Below, piece by piece: positions 30,538 to 41,330 of a stretch of DNA of 64,000 nt (positions are counted from its first letter, which is position 1; every line of letters begins with the position of its first letter). Origin of the DNA: Nitrosopumilaceae archaeon (GTDB lineage: Archaea; Thermoproteota; Nitrososphaeria; Nitrososphaerales; Nitrosopumilaceae); contig CBDBCR010000003.1 in NCBI GenBank assembly GCA_965203465.1, positions 224,001-288,000 on the forward strand, written 5' to 3'. The notes under the pieces are model-generated. The model saw only the letters and a program-made list of their open reading frames with translations, ran no database searches and had not been told where the DNA came from. The translations under genes were made by a program, and so were the position numbers.

Positions 30538-32079
30538 ATGGAGGGCAGCACGGTGGGCCAGATAGTCGACGGCAAGTTCGGCAACGTGGCGGTCAGGCAA
30601 AAGTCCGGCGAGGCCCTCGAGATAGGCGACCTGCTCGTCTCCGAAGAGGGCGGCCACACCCTGGTCATGCAGGTCTTCGGCCTAGAGTACGGCTCGCAGA
30701 TCCACCAGGGCATGCGCGAGGTCATGGCAGGCGAATCGCTCGAGCGCGGCGGGACCGGCGCTCGCTTTTACAGCCCCGAGACTGCAAGCTACGTGCTGGC
30801 GCGCGTAAAGCCGCTGGCGAGGCTCTCCCCCGCCGGCGACGTCAGCCTCCCAAAGTCGCTGCCGGAGTTCTTCGGCAAGCTGCGCAGGATCTCGCCGGCC
30901 GACCTGGACTTCCTCCCCGGCAGGGAGGACGGGGTGTTCGTGGGCCACATACGGAGCGGCGCCAAGGTGATGCGCGAGGCCGAGGTCTGGCTGCCCGCCG
31001 AGGACACGTTTTCGCACCACGTGCTGATACCGGCCACCACCGGGCGCGGCAAGTCCAACCTCGTAAAGACGATGCTCTGGCACCTGCTCGATTCTGGAAA
31101 AGTGGGCGCGCTCGTGCTCGACGCGCACAACGAGTACTATACTGGCGGCAAGGCCGACGGGTACGCCGGCCTGAAAGACCACCCGAGGGCGCACGAGCGC
31201 CTCGCCTACTACACTCCGTCGGACAACCCGCCGCCGGGCGCAGAAAAGCTCACCATAAACCTGGAATCCGTCAAACCGGAGCACTTTGAGAGCATAGCCG
31301 AGCTGAGCACGGCTCAGACCGAGGGCATCGAAACGTACGGGCGCAGCGGCAGGGACTGGATAGCCACGCTGGTGCGGACCAGCTCGGACATGCTCACGGA
31401 TCAGGGCAGGTCCGAGACGAGGGCCGCGACCCTCTCGGTGATAAAGCGCAAGCTGGGCCTGATGCTGGCCCTGTCCGTCGACGAGGACGGCAGGGTCGTC
31501 TCGGCCCACGACGTCTTCGATTCGGGCGGCAGGGGCAAGACCACGGTATCGGACATGGCAGAGCAGGTAAAGTCGGGCAAGGTGGTCATCGTGGACACCT
31601 CGAGGCTGGGCGACGAGGCCGAGCTGCTAGTTGGCACCATGGTCGCCTCGAAGATATTCCAAGAGTACAAGAACGCAAAGGCCAGGGGCGCGCTCGACGC
31701 GCTGCCCGTGGCCACCGTCGTCATAGAAGAGGCCCCGCGCGTCATAGGCGAGGGCGTGCTGGCCACGCACGACAACATATTTTCGACCATCGCCAAAGAG
31801 GGCCGCAAGTTCAAGGTGGGCCTGACGGCCATCACGCAGCTGAGCAGCGTGATACCAAAGACGGTGCTCGCCAACATGAACACCAAGATAATACTGGGCA
31901 ACGAGATGAAGCAGGAGCGCGACGCCATCGTGGCGTCGGCCTCGCAGGACCTGTCCGACGACGACAGGAACATCGCCAGCCTCAACAAGGGCGAGGCCAT
32001 CGTCTCGAGCATATTCGTCCCCTTCGCCGTGCCGATAAAGATCCCCCTCTTCAGGGACGTGGCGGGCGGGCAAAAGTGA
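30538..32079 (+). CDS. herA: HerA DNA translocase/ATPase
   Basis: [35 protein letters not shown]. Confidence 0.92.
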   Translation: MEGSTVGQIVDGKFGNVAVRQKSGEALEIGDLLVSEEGGHTLVMQVFGLEYGSQIHQGMREVMAGESLERGGTGARFYSPETASYVLARVKPLARLSPAGDVSLPKSLPEFFGKLRRISPADLDFLPGREDGVFVGHIRSGAKVMREAEVWLPAEDTFSHHVLIPATTGRGKSNLVKTMLWHLLDSGKVGALVLDAHNEYYTGGKADGYAGLKDHPRAHERLAYYTPSDNPPPGAEKLTINLESVKPEHFESIAELSTAQTEGIETYGRSGRDWIATLVRTSSDMLTDQGRSETRAATLSVIKRKLGLMLALSVDEDGRVVSAHDVFDSGGRGKTTVSDMAEQVKSGKVVIVDTSRLGDEAELLVGTMVASKIFQEYKNAKARGALDALPVATVVIEEAPRVIGEGVLATHDNIFSTIAKEGRKFKVGLTAITQLSSVIPKTVLANMNTKIILGNEMKQERDAIVASASQDLSDDDRNIASLNKGEAIVSSIFVPFAVPIKIPLFRDVAGGQK

Positions 32080-33329
32080 GGTTCGCGCACCTTTCGGACA
32101 TGCACCTGGGCTTCCAGAGGGAGCCGGCGCTGCAGGCGGCCGAGAGGGGCGTCTTCGAGGAGGCCGTCTCCGAGTGCATATCCAGAAAGGCCGACTTTGT
32201 GGTGATGGCGGGCGACATATTCCACGTCAACATACCAGGCATGGACGTGCAAAAGCACGCGTTCGGCCAGTTCAGGCGCCTCCACGAGGCGGGCATCCCA
32301 GTCTATGCGGTCTACGGCAGCCACGACCACTCGCCTCTGTCCAACTCCGTCATAGACCTGCTTGCCGAGATCGGCTACGTGACGAAGATGACGCACGAGG
32401 CGGGCGGCGGCAAAATACGCCTGAACTACGCCCGGGACCCCAAGACCGGGGCCGTGCTCGCCGGCCTGTCCGGCCTCAAGGCCAGCAAGGACCTGGAAAA
32501 CTACAGGGCCCTCGAGCGCGAAGCTCCCGAGGAAGGCTCGCCCAAGATATTCATCTTTCACGGCGCGCTCAAGGACATGGGCGACGGCGGGCGCGGCGAG
32601 CAGATGGCCGCCTCGTGGATGCCGCGCGGGTTCGACTATTACGCCGGCGGCCACCTCCACGCGCACCGCGAGGAGCGCGACTTGGGGGGCCTGCCCGTCG
32701 TGGTGTACCCCGGCACGCCGTTTGCCGGCAACTGGCGCGACATGGTGGAGAACTCAAAGGCCGGGCCCGACGGCGTGTCGAGCACCAAGAGGGGCATGGT
32801 GTTCGCAGAATACGACGGCAAAATGACCACCGAGTTCGTGCCGCTGGGCAGCGCGCGCTACCTGCAGATACGCGAGTACGCAAAGGGCAGGAAGGCCGAG
32901 TCGGTCGCGCGCGAGCTGGTGGAGAGGGCCTCGGCGGCCGAGGCCGAGGGGCGCATCGTGGTCGTGTCCATAGAGGGCGAGCTGTCCTCGGGCAAGACCT
33001 CCGAGATAGACATCGGGCGCATAAGGCAGGAGCTCAAGGACAGGGGCGCGGCGTCGGTCCAGATAAAGAGCAGCGTATCGTCCAAGGAATACGACATCGT
33101 GGCCGAGGGGAGGAGCAGGGAAGAGTACGAGCGGCGCACGTTCGAGGCCAACATAGACAGCACGCCGGTGCGCCGGCCCGAACTGATCGGGGAGCGCGGC
33201 GTCAGGGCGGCCTTGGACCTGTTTTCGGTGGTGCGCGTGGCCAAGCCGGACAACGAGAAAAGGGCAGACTACGAGGCGAGGATGACGGGCCAGGCGCTCG
33301 GGGCCCTGGAGCTGGAAAATGATACTTGA
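32076..33329 (+). CDS. mre11: Mre11 nuclease
   Basis: [29 protein letters not shown]. Confidence 0.92.
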   Translation: MRFAHLSDMHLGFQREPALQAAERGVFEEAVSECISRKADFVVMAGDIFHVNIPGMDVQKHAFGQFRRLHEAGIPVYAVYGSHDHSPLSNSVIDLLAEIGYVTKMTHEAGGGKIRLNYARDPKTGAVLAGLSGLKASKDLENYRALEREAPEEGSPKIFIFHGALKDMGDGGRGEQMAASWMPRGFDYYAGGHLHAHREERDLGGLPVVVYPGTPFAGNWRDMVENSKAGPDGVSSTKRGMVFAEYDGKMTTEFVPLGSARYLQIREYAKGRKAESVARELVERASAAEAEGRIVVVSIEGELSSGKTSEIDIGRIRQELKDRGAASVQIKSSVSSKEYDIVAEGRSREEYERRTFEANIDSTPVRRPELIGERGVRAALDLFSVVRVAKPDNEKRADYEARMTGQALGALELENDT

Positions 33330-35724
33330 GCACGTCGTGCTGGATAACGTGCGCAGCCACGGGCACACCGAGATAGTCTTCGGGAGGGGCACCACGCTGC
33401 TCTCCGGCGACGTGGGGTCGGGCAAGTCGTCCGTACTGATGGGCGTAGAATTCGCGCTCTTTGGGCTCGGGCCCCAAAAGGCCGAGGCGCTCCTGTCCAA
33501 GGGATCCCGCGAGGGCTACGCGGAGCTGCGCTTTTCGGTGGACGGAAAGCCGTACGAGATCCGGCGCGCCCTGAGGAGGCAGGTGCATGAGGGCGGCGCC
33601 TCGGCGCAGCAGGATCCCAAGGGGTCGTATTTGATGGAGGACGGCCAGAAAACCCCGCTCTCCACCCTCGAGATGAAGCAGCGCGTGCTGCAGATACTGC
33701 GGTTCAACGAGCCGGCCGGCCCCAACTCGGTCAGCAGGATATTCCGGTACGCCGTCTTTACGCCCCAGGAGGAGATGAAGGTCGTGCTCTCCGACGCCAA
33801 GAGCAGGCTCGAGACGGTGCGGCGCGCCTTCGGCGTCGAGGACTACAGGACTGCTGCCGACAACGCAAAGACGGTCGCCCTAGAGATAAGGCAGCGCGCG
33901 TCCGAGCTTGCAGGCAGGGCGTCTGATTCCGAGCGGCTCGCCAAGGGCGTCAAAGAGCTCGAAGAAAAGGTGCGCGAATCCGAAAAAGCCCTCGAGGAGG
34001 CGCGCGGCGCGGCCGGCGCGGAGAGGGCAGGGCTGGATTCCCTCGCGGCCAAGAGGGCCGAGTTAAAGTCCAGGGAGGCAGAAAAGGCGGCGCTGGAGCG
34101 CAAGCTAGACGCGGCGCGCGCCAACGTAGGCGAAAAGTCAAAGAGGAAAAATTCCATAGCCGCCGAGATAGCTCAGGACCGAAAGGAGATAGCCGAAGCG
34201 TCGGATCAGATCGGCTCCCACCGGGTGCCCGAAAAGCCCACCGGCAAGTCCCTGCAGCAACTGGATTCGGAGATAAGGACGATGGAGGGCGCGCAGAAAG
34301 AGATCGCAGAGGCGCGCGCCCGCGTCAGAATGGCCGAAGAAGAGATCGCCGGCGCCAGATCCGAGATGGGCGGGCGCGCCGGCGCTGACGCGCGGAGCCT
34401 CCGGGCGGAGGCCGACGAGGCCCTTGCGGGCGCCGTGGACGCGCGCGAGGAGCAGAAAAAAGCCGAGGAGAGGGGGCGCGAGGCCGGGTACGAGGCGCGG
34501 CGGTGCAGGGACGGCGCGGAGCAGGCGGGCAAAGACGCGGCAGAATCGCTGCAAGAGGGGGCAAGGTGCCCCACGTGCCGCAACGTCATCACCGGCGAGC
34601 ACCTGCAAGAGCTGAGGGCCGAGCGCGCCGGGCAGCGCGCCCGCCTGGAGGAGGGGGCGGCCGAGGCCGAGGAGCTGCGGAGGCGGTCCGAGGCCGAGGC
34701 GGCAGAGGCGGAAAAGAGGGCAGAGGAGCTCGAGCGCCGGGCCGGCGAGGCCTCGAGGCTCGTCGAGCTTGCCTCAAAGGTCTCTTCAAAGACGGCGGAG
34801 CTTGCGGGGGCAAAAGAGGCGGCCGGCAGGCTGCAGGAGGGCGGCGGCTCCCTGGAACAGGCAAGGGAGCTGCGCGCAAGGCTCGCAGAGCACGAGGAGG
34901 CGGTCAAGACCCGCGCGATGCTGGAGCAGCGCCTCGAGCGTGCCCGCAGCGGCATGGGCAGGCGCAGCGAGGAGATGGAGGCCGTAAAGTCCGAGATCGC
35001 CGCGGCGGAGGCGCAAGAGGCGCAGGCCTCGGCGGGACTCGAGGGGTTCTCCGGCCTGGACCGAGAGGTTTCGGCCACAGACCAAAGCATGGCGCAGAGC
35101 CAGGAGAGGCTGACCCGCGCCCTCTCGCGCCTCGCCGCCGAGGAGCGCGGCATCGAGGAGGGCAGGGCCGCGCTCGAAAGGGACAGGAAGGCGCTCGGCG
35201 AGGCCGAGCGGTGCGCGAAAGAGCGCGACAGGCACGCGGACTACGAGACGTGGATAGCGGAGTTTTTCGTCAGGGCCATGCCCGAGATCGAAAAGAAGGT
35301 GCTCAAGGAGATGTACGTCGAGTTCAACGCCGCGTACCGCGGCTGGTACAAAAAGCTCGTAGACGACGAGACTAAAAGTTCATACATAGACGAGGAGTTT
35401 GCGCCGTGCGTGGAGCAGGACGGCGTGGTGCAGGAGGTCGCGTACATGTCCGGCGGCGAGAGGACCGGCGTGGCCCTCGCGTACAGGCTGGCGCTCAACT
35501 CTGTGCTGCGCAAAAAGACCGACATCCTAAAGTCGAGCCTGCTGATACTCGACGAGCCGACCGACGGCTTTTCCAACTCCCAGATGGTCAAGATAAAGGA
35601 GATGCTCGACGAGCTGGACTCCGAGCAGGTGATACTTGTCTCGCACGACCCCAACCTGGAGGGGTTTGCCGACCGCGTTGTGAGGGTGAGGCGCGATGGC
35701 GAGGTCTCCAAGGTCGAAGGCTAG
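33319..35724 (+). CDS. rad50: Rad50 ATPase
   Basis: GDVGSGKS, coiled coil with CPTC zinc hook, MSGGE, LDEPT, VSHD. Confidence 0.93.
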   Translation: MILEHVVLDNVRSHGHTEIVFGRGTTLLSGDVGSGKSSVLMGVEFALFGLGPQKAEALLSKGSREGYAELRFSVDGKPYEIRRALRRQVHEGGASAQQDPKGSYLMEDGQKTPLSTLEMKQRVLQILRFNEPAGPNSVSRIFRYAVFTPQEEMKVVLSDAKSRLETVRRAFGVEDYRTAADNAKTVALEIRQRASELAGRASDSERLAKGVKELEEKVRESEKALEEARGAAGAERAGLDSLAAKRAELKSREAEKAALERKLDAARANVGEKSKRKNSIAAEIAQDRKEIAEASDQIGSHRVPEKPTGKSLQQLDSEIRTMEGAQKEIAEARARVRMAEEEIAGARSEMGGRAGADARSLRAEADEALAGAVDAREEQKKAEERGREAGYEARRCRDGAEQAGKDAAESLQEGARCPTCRNVITGEHLQELRAERAGQRARLEEGAAEAEELRRRSEAEAAEAEKRAEELERRAGEASRLVELASKVSSKTAELAGAKEAAGRLQEGGGSLEQARELRARLAEHEEAVKTRAMLEQRLERARSGMGRRSEEMEAVKSEIAAAEAQEAQASAGLEGFSGLDREVSATDQSMAQSQERLTRALSRLAAEERGIEEGRAALERDRKALGEAERCAKERDRHADYETWIAEFFVRAMPEIEKKVLKEMYVEFNAAYRGWYKKLVDDETKSSYIDEEFAPCVEQDGVVQEVAYMSGGERTGVALAYRLALNSVLRKKTDILKSSLLILDEPTDGFSNSQMVKIKEMLDELDSEQVILVSHDPNLEGFADRVVRVRRDGEVSKVEG

Positions 35725-36209
35725 CCGCCGGTCAGTTTGGCGAACTCTGGGTTTTTGCTGACCTTTTCCATGAACTCGATGTTGGAAAGGGCTACGACTG
35801 CCGACTCTACGACCGGTTCGTCGCGGTCAGAGAGCGCCTTTTCGAGCGCCGCGCGCGACTCCGACGAGCCCACCACGCCCAGGGCTATGGCCGCCTCGTG
35901 GCGCACGAACATGCTAGGATCGTTGAGCGTGGCCTCGGCGAGCGGCCCGATGCCGCTGCTGTAGCCCATCTGGCCCAGCGAGAACGCGGCCTCGTGGCGC
36001 ACCAGTTCGTTGGGGTCTTTCTTGAGCACGCGGGCCACGTGATCCACCTTGTCCTCGCCGCCCATGTCCACCAACACGCAGGTGGCGCGGGTGCGCACCA
36101 CATAGTCGTCGTGGTCTAGCAGATCCACAAAGTAGCCGGCGTCGCGCTCGCCGTACTTTTTTTCCATCTGCGCGAACAGGTCTAGGCGCCGCTGCGGAAC
36201 CGCTTCCAC
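35721..36209 (-). CDS. HEAT/PBS-lyase repeat protein (deoxyhypusine hydroxylase-like)
   Basis: Two VRHEAA repeats. Confidence 0.85.
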   Translation of the reverse strand: MEAVPQRRLDLFAQMEKKYGERDAGYFVDLLDHDDYVVRTRATCVLVDMGGEDKVDHVARVLKKDPNELVRHEAAFSLGQMGYSSGIGPLAEATLNDPSMFVRHEAAIALGVVGSSESRAALEKALSDRDEPVVESAVVALSNIEFMEKVSKNPEFAKLTGG

Positions 36210-36380
36210 GCGGGCTCGGCCCGCGCCCCCGTATATTTAGTGTGCGGCAGGATAGGGGTTTCACGATGCCGCGAAAGGTGCGGTTGCGAACCGAAATGTC
36301 CACATGTGCCAGATCACCCGCGTCGAGGCGATCCGAATCTGCGCCGCGTTTTTCCGTAGTCGTGAGAGTGGTTGAAAAAG

Positions 36381-36935
36381 CTAGCACGCGATTGAATCGT
36401 TCAGTTCGTCGAAGTTTGTGGGAAAGTGGAGTCTTTTTCGGTTGTGTTTTTGGGCGAATTTGTCCCGGATCTGCTCGCGCGACAGAGTGTCGCAGGACGC
36501 AAATATGATCGCACGATCTTCCCACCGGCGCACGTTTTTGGCGTTTTGCAGTGCGCCAAAAAACCGGCGATCGTGCCTATCCGATACAGACGAGTTCTCG
36601 GCATCCGTGGAAATTCTCATAAAGGACAGATCGATTCTCTGAGCGCGCGGAGACATGTGTATGTTCGAAGTGGCTCTTTTGCTGAATACTTCTTTGACCG
36701 TCCGGGCAGCAGGCTTGCATCCCCTGCGGAACAACCCGGTTTTATAATCGTCAAGTATGGAAGGCGATGTGAGAAAAGTGACCTGCTTTTCTCTTGGCAT
36801 CTTGCCCATTCCATCCAATACGCTTTGGAACCATTTTGTCAAAGCGTTGTCTACACGGGACGCGTTTGTGTGTTCTACGATGTCTGCAAGCACGTTGGTG
36901 TCCATGACCAAAAGTATGCTCTGCCGTCGGATCAT
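36381..36935 (-). CDS. PIN-like domain protein
   Basis: LLVMDTNVL, TSPSILDDY, DRHDRRF, IIFASCD. Confidence 0.6.
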   Translation of the reverse strand: MIRRQSILLVMDTNVLADIVEHTNASRVDNALTKWFQSVLDGMGKMPREKQVTFLTSPSILDDYKTGLFRRGCKPAARTVKEVFSKRATSNIHMSPRAQRIDLSFMRISTDAENSSVSDRHDRRFFGALQNAKNVRRWEDRAIIFASCDTLSREQIRDKFAQKHNRKRLHFPTNFDELNDSIAC

Positions 36936-36936
36936 T

Positions 36937-38088
36937 CTAACTTAAGATCTCCTCAACTATCGAATCCATTGCACGATCGAATATGTCCTGCGGTATCTCT
37001 CCGTCCCCGTTTGGGATGAGCTCTTCTATGCGGGTGAGGTTGCCGGGAGTTCGCTTGAAATAGTACAAGCCCAGATCCTTTTGTTTGATCTTTCGGGAGG
37101 CCGTCATGGCAAGTAGTTTTTTTAGTACGTAATCGCTCTGTGTCGAAAATATCAGGCTGATCTTTCTACGCGCAGCAAACGCTACGAGTTTTTCCACCAG
37201 ATTTATCTGTCGTAGTGGTTCCAAGTGCGCCTCCGGCTCTTCTATTACGAGCGTGCCGCCATCGGCCACATACTGCAGCGACATCATGATTGGCAGTGAC
37301 GATACGGTTCCAGAACCGGCATGTTCGATCTCGGTCTCGAAGCCAGAGGGATCTACATACATGATTCGAGGGATGCCGTTTCTAGAACCCATGCGAACAG
37401 ATCCTTCAAACAGAGTAGAGAACATATCCTGCACCTCGTCGGTCAGTTTGTCTTCTTGCATGATCAGATCATAGAGGCGCTCTGGGTGTTCCGGCATGCT
37501 GATCGACTGCTCGCGTTTTTTGCCCGCCCTGCTACTTCCGTTGGTGTTTGGCAAACGCATGAACGTATCAAGCGTGTATCTAAACAACGTGTTTTTCGCC
37601 CTGTATATCCACATAAAGTATTGTATGGCCCCCGTCCTTCCCGCCGGCACGTAAAAACTGTCGGTGTTTTGCTTGCCCACGGCTTTGAGCGCGTCAAGCG
37701 TGTTAAATTGCTTCACGCTTAATTTCGGACGCCGGAAGCTTATTTCCAACGCGGGCTTTTTTGACGAATGTATCTTCAGCGCGCATGGTTTTTTGTTGGC
37801 GGTGACAATTCTGTTCCACGGTATACCCGCAATGTGGAGAATCTTTTGCCCGTACAGGTATTTGGATATGCCCTCCCTGTCTTTGGCGCTCACGCGGATG
37901 CCGCGCAGCAGATCCGCATGCATCTTGGCGTTGAGCGCATTGTTCAACTGGCACACTCCGTGTATCAGGCCCGCCGCAACGGACTTGCCGGAATTGTTGG
38001 ATCCAAAGAACACGCTCACTTTCTTGTGCCGGATCTGCCCGCTTTCTATCGGACCGATGTTTTTGAACGCGATCTTTGTGTATTTCAT
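36937..38088 (-). CDS. ABC-type ATPase (AAA_15/AAA_21-like)
   Basis: KNIGPI, GSNNSGKS, YVPAGR, AGSG signature, IEEPEAHLEP, STQS; ATG 38088. Confidence 0.85.
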   Translation of the reverse strand: MKYTKIAFKNIGPIESGQIRHKKVSVFFGSNNSGKSVAAGLIHGVCQLNNALNAKMHADLLRGIRVSAKDREGISKYLYGQKILHIAGIPWNRIVTANKKPCALKIHSSKKPALEISFRRPKLSVKQFNTLDALKAVGKQNTDSFYVPAGRTGAIQYFMWIYRAKNTLFRYTLDTFMRLPNTNGSSRAGKKREQSISMPEHPERLYDLIMQEDKLTDEVQDMFSTLFEGSVRMGSRNGIPRIMYVDPSGFETEIEHAGSGTVSSLPIMMSLQYVADGGTLVIEEPEAHLEPLRQINLVEKLVAFAARRKISLIFSTQSDYVLKKLLAMTASRKIKQKDLGLYYFKRTPGNLTRIEELIPNGDGEIPQDIFDRAMDSIVEEILS

Positions 38089-38291
38089 TCTATGAGCCGT
38101 CCTGTGACTAGTATATGTAAATGATCCCGTATTCTGGCCGCCGGACGGCCCGGAACTGCCGGCTCGCCCGCGCCGCTCCCCGCCGCAGGCCGATCGCGGG
38201 GGCGGAGCCAGCAGCAGGCCCGTAGAACAGGCCCCTGCAACGGCCCGGGCCGGATCATACATTTTTAACGGAACCGCCCCGCGCGCGGGGC

Positions 38292-38951
38292 GTGCGGGCC
38301 GAGATAGGGAAAAAGGCGCCCAACCTGGGCGTCTCGGAGTGGGTGCAGGGCATGCCCACCAACTTCGACCAAGAGGACGACCGCATCGTGGTCACCGAGG
38401 TCTTCCAGGTAAACTGCCCCGGCTGCTTCCTGTACGGGATACCCGAGATGATAAGGATATACGAAGGCTACAAGGACCAGGGCGTCAGGGTGCTAGGCCT
38501 TGCCACCGCGTTCGAGGACTTTGACAAGAACACCCTGGACAACCTCAAACTCTTGGTGGAGACGGGCAGGGTCGTGGGCGAGACGCTAGAGGGCCTCTCG
38601 CGCTACGGGCAGCTGGACGGCGACAGGCTAAAGTACAGGATACCGTTCCCCGTGGGGATGGACGCGCTCTCGCGCGTGCAGGGCGAGCCCGACGAGGGGG
38701 CCGTGCTGGAGTTCATCAGGCCCCAGATACCCGACTTTGACTCGCGGCCGGCCGAGTACAGGTCAGGCATCATGGCGCGCGTCAGGGAGCACATGATGTC
38801 AAAGGAATACTCTGCAGAGACGTTCGAAAAGTTCGCGCTGCGCGGCACCCCATCCACCATAGTGGTGGACCGCAAGGGGATACTGCGCGACGTCTCGTTC
38901 GGCCAGACCGGCCACATAGAATCCCTCGTAAGGTCGCTCATCGACGAGTAG
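38292..38951 (+). CDS. thioredoxin-like AhpC/TlpA-family protein
   Basis: FQVNCPGC, GTPSTIVVD. Confidence 0.85.
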   Translation: MRAEIGKKAPNLGVSEWVQGMPTNFDQEDDRIVVTEVFQVNCPGCFLYGIPEMIRIYEGYKDQGVRVLGLATAFEDFDKNTLDNLKLLVETGRVVGETLEGLSRYGQLDGDRLKYRIPFPVGMDALSRVQGEPDEGAVLEFIRPQIPDFDSRPAEYRSGIMARVREHMMSKEYSAETFEKFALRGTPSTIVVDRKGILRDVSFGQTGHIESLVRSLIDE

Positions 38952-39693
38952 CGCGCAGCCTGCGCGCGAGCACGGCGGCGCCCGCCGGCGGCCCCGCGTA
39001 CAGCCCCGCGCACGCAAGAAGGGCCAGCGTCCCAAAGGCCGCCGCGCCGGCCTCCGAGCCGGCGAGGCCGGCGATCTGCAGCGCCGCCAGGGCGGGCTGC
39101 AGCGCGGCGCCGGCCAGCGCCCTCAGGTGCGGGCTCTGCCGCTCGGCGTCGGCGAGCGCCGGCGAGACCGCGTAATAGACAGAGTTGAACGCCTCCATGA
39201 ACCGCGCGCCCGCGCCGCTCGAATAGGCGAGATCGCGCGCCTCGCGCAGGCGCTGCACGGCGGGGGCAAGCTCTGTGCCGTACGCCGCCGTGGCCACGAG
39301 GCAGCCGCCCCGGGCGGGCTCCGATACGGTCATCAGGTGAGCGCCGGCGCCCTCGAACTCGACGGTCACGAACCAGACCAGATCGCTCGATTCCGCGCGC
39401 GCCGACGCCGGCTCGCCGTCCACCCTCACCTCGACGCCGTCGAGCAGCTGCCGCGGTATGACCAGCTCGCCCAGGTTGCCCTCCAGCGAGCTGGACACGT
39501 CTATCTCGAGGGTGCGCGACGCCGGATCGTAGCGCGCGCCGGTGGCGTCAAAGTTCGCCGTTATGACCACCTCGAGCTGCCTGCCCGAGTGCTCCACGTC
39601 GAACCTGCTTACCAAGCCGGTCCTGTCGGACAGCTGCGCCCAAGCGGGGGAGACGGCCAAGAATACCAGGGCCGCGAGCAGCAGCGCGCGCAA
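38938..39693 (-). CDS. secreted protein with CFI-box-CTERM domain
   Basis: Signal peptide; GGCLVATAAYGTELAPAVQRLRE..FNSVYYAVSP; C-terminal TM helix. Confidence 0.8.
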   Translation of the reverse strand: MRALLLAALVFLAVSPAWAQLSDRTGLVSRFDVEHSGRQLEVVITANFDATGARYDPASRTLEIDVSSSLEGNLGELVIPRQLLDGVEVRVDGEPASARAESSDLVWFVTVEFEGAGAHLMTVSEPARGGCLVATAAYGTELAPAVQRLREARDLAYSSGAGARFMEAFNSVYYAVSPALADAERQSPHLRALAGAALQPALAALQIAGLAGSEAGAAAFGTLALLACAGLYAGPPAGAAVLARRLRATRR

Positions 39694-39695
39694 GC

Positions 39696-40148
39696 CTAGG
39701 CTATCGCCAGCCTGTTGCGCAGCTCGGCGTCGGCCAGCACGCTCGGATGCGACGGGTCTGCCAGTATCACCTCGAACCAGTAGTGCATCCCGTCCTTGTA
39801 CACGAAATACGATCCCAAGAGCGACATGTTGGGGTACCTGTCCAGCACGCGGTTCTCCGCGACTGTCTTCATCGGCACGTCCGCCTTTATGCGCGTCACG
39901 CCCAGGTGCTTCGGGCGCCTGCCGCCGCGCGGCCTCTGCTTGCGCATGCCGCCGGTGCCGACCCTCATGCGCACCACGGCCACGCCCTGCTTTGCCTTGT
40001 ACCCCAGGCGCCGGGCGCGCTCTATGCGGCTGGGCCTCTCTATGCGCGTGACCGCGTTCTGCCTGCGCCAGGCCACCGCGCGCCCGCGCAGCTGCGGGGC
40101 GTTGTCCTTCCACATCGCTATCCACGTCCTGTCCTGCGCGCTGGGCAT
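39696..40148 (-). CDS. rpl15e: 50S ribosomal protein eL15
   Basis: RIERPSRIERARRLGYKAKQG, GRRPKHLG, WFEVILADPSHP. Confidence 0.95.
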   Translation of the reverse strand: MPSAQDRTWIAMWKDNAPQLRGRAVAWRRQNAVTRIERPSRIERARRLGYKAKQGVAVVRMRVGTGGMRKQRPRGGRRPKHLGVTRIKADVPMKTVAENRVLDRYPNMSLLGSYFVYKDGMHYWFEVILADPSHPSVLADAELRNRLAIA

Positions 40149-40245
40149 GTGGCGCGCGCGGCCCCGGCGACTATATAAATTGCGGCGGCCGGTTTCGGCA
40201 AGGCGGCCGGCAAGCGTTTTATTGCAAGGCGGCCCGGGCCGCCGC

Positions 40246-40821
40246 GTGTGGCAGTTCCTGCTCGCGGCCGCGCTGGCCCTTGCCGCGCAGGAGGCCCTGG
40301 CGCTCGAGGTCGAGCCGGACAGGGACACGTACACGTACCTCGACAGGCTCTCGTTCACCGTGAGGACCGAGGTGCCGGGCGGCGGGCAGGCCGTGTTTTG
40401 GATAATCGACAGCTCCGGCAGGCAGAGCTCGCCCATACCGCTGGCCATGACCGGATCCGAGACGGTCTCGACGGCGCCGGCCCCTTTCAGCCCCGCCATA
40501 TACGCGGAGGACACGTACACCATACGCGTGGAGCACGGGGGCCGGAGCGCCGAGGCGCAGTTCCGGCTGGTCGATACGGGCGTGGTGGCAGTCCCCCCGT
40601 ACCTTTCGTACATGATAGGCCTGTGGGCCCAGGGCCTGGCCGACGACAAGTCCTTCGTGGACGCGATGGCCGAGGCCAGGGTGATGCGGCCGCTGGAGAA
40701 CCCTGACATACCCGACTGGTGCAGGCAGACGGCCCTGTGGGCCCTGGACGGGCTGGTGACCATGGACGAATTCGCCGCCGGGCTGAGGTACCTGGCCGAG
40801 ATCGGGGCGATCGGCGGTTGA
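40246..40821 (+). CDS. secreted protein with thaumarchaeal IPxW..W..G C-terminal repeats
   Basis: Signal peptide; IPDWCRQTALWALDGLVTMDEFAAGLRYL. Confidence 0.7.
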   Translation: MWQFLLAAALALAAQEALALEVEPDRDTYTYLDRLSFTVRTEVPGGGQAVFWIIDSSGRQSSPIPLAMTGSETVSTAPAPFSPAIYAEDTYTIRVEHGGRSAEAQFRLVDTGVVAVPPYLSYMIGLWAQGLADDKSFVDAMAEARVMRPLENPDIPDWCRQTALWALDGLVTMDEFAAGLRYLAEIGAIGG

Positions 40822-41330
40822 ACAGGCACAGGCTGGTCGCGGCGGCCGCCTCCGCCGTGATAGCAGGCTCGCTGGCCTACGCGGCCGCGGGGGCCGCCGC
40901 GCTCGAAGGCGTGCAGTTCAAGTGGGGCGGCAGCGACAGTTTCGGGTACGTCTCGCTGGTCAACGGCGGGTACGTCGACGTGTGCAACCCGTCGCCGGTC
41001 CCGGTGCGCCTGGACAGCCTGGGCATAGGCGTGTCCTACCGGGGCGAGGACTTTGGCTCGTTCGAGGCGAGGGGCGGCATCGTCGGGCCGGGCGGGGAGG
41101 CCAGCATGTACGGCGAGGGCAGGCTGCGCGACGCGCGCGTCGGGATACTGGCCACGTACATGGATTCGGAGGCGGGCGGCGCGGATCTTGCCCGCTTCGA
41201 TTCGGGCGACGTGTCGGCCTCGGCCACGGCCAGCACGCTGGTCTTTGGCGTCCTGCCGTATTCGGTCACGCGCGAATATTCGGGCGACGAGCTGTCCGCG
41301 GTCATGGACGGCGCGGGCTACGGCTGCTGA
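40818..41330 (+). CDS. hypothetical membrane-anchored protein (LEA_2-like)
   Basis: N-terminal TM helix, VCNPSPVP; TTGA overlap with the upstream gene. Confidence 0.6.
   Translation: MNRHRLVAAAASAVIAGSLAYAAAGAAALEGVQFKWGGSDSFGYVSLVNGGYVDVCNPSPVPVRLDSLGIGVSYRGEDFGSFEARGGIVGPGGEASMYGEGRLRDARVGILATYMDSEAGGADLARFDSGDVSASATASTLVFGVLPYSVTREYSGDELSAVMDGAGYGC

Noticed and set aside
29509-35724. HerA/nuclease/SMC-like cluster as a novel defence system
   Set aside because: It is the well-known archaeal nurA-herA-mre11-rad50 double-strand-break repair operon.
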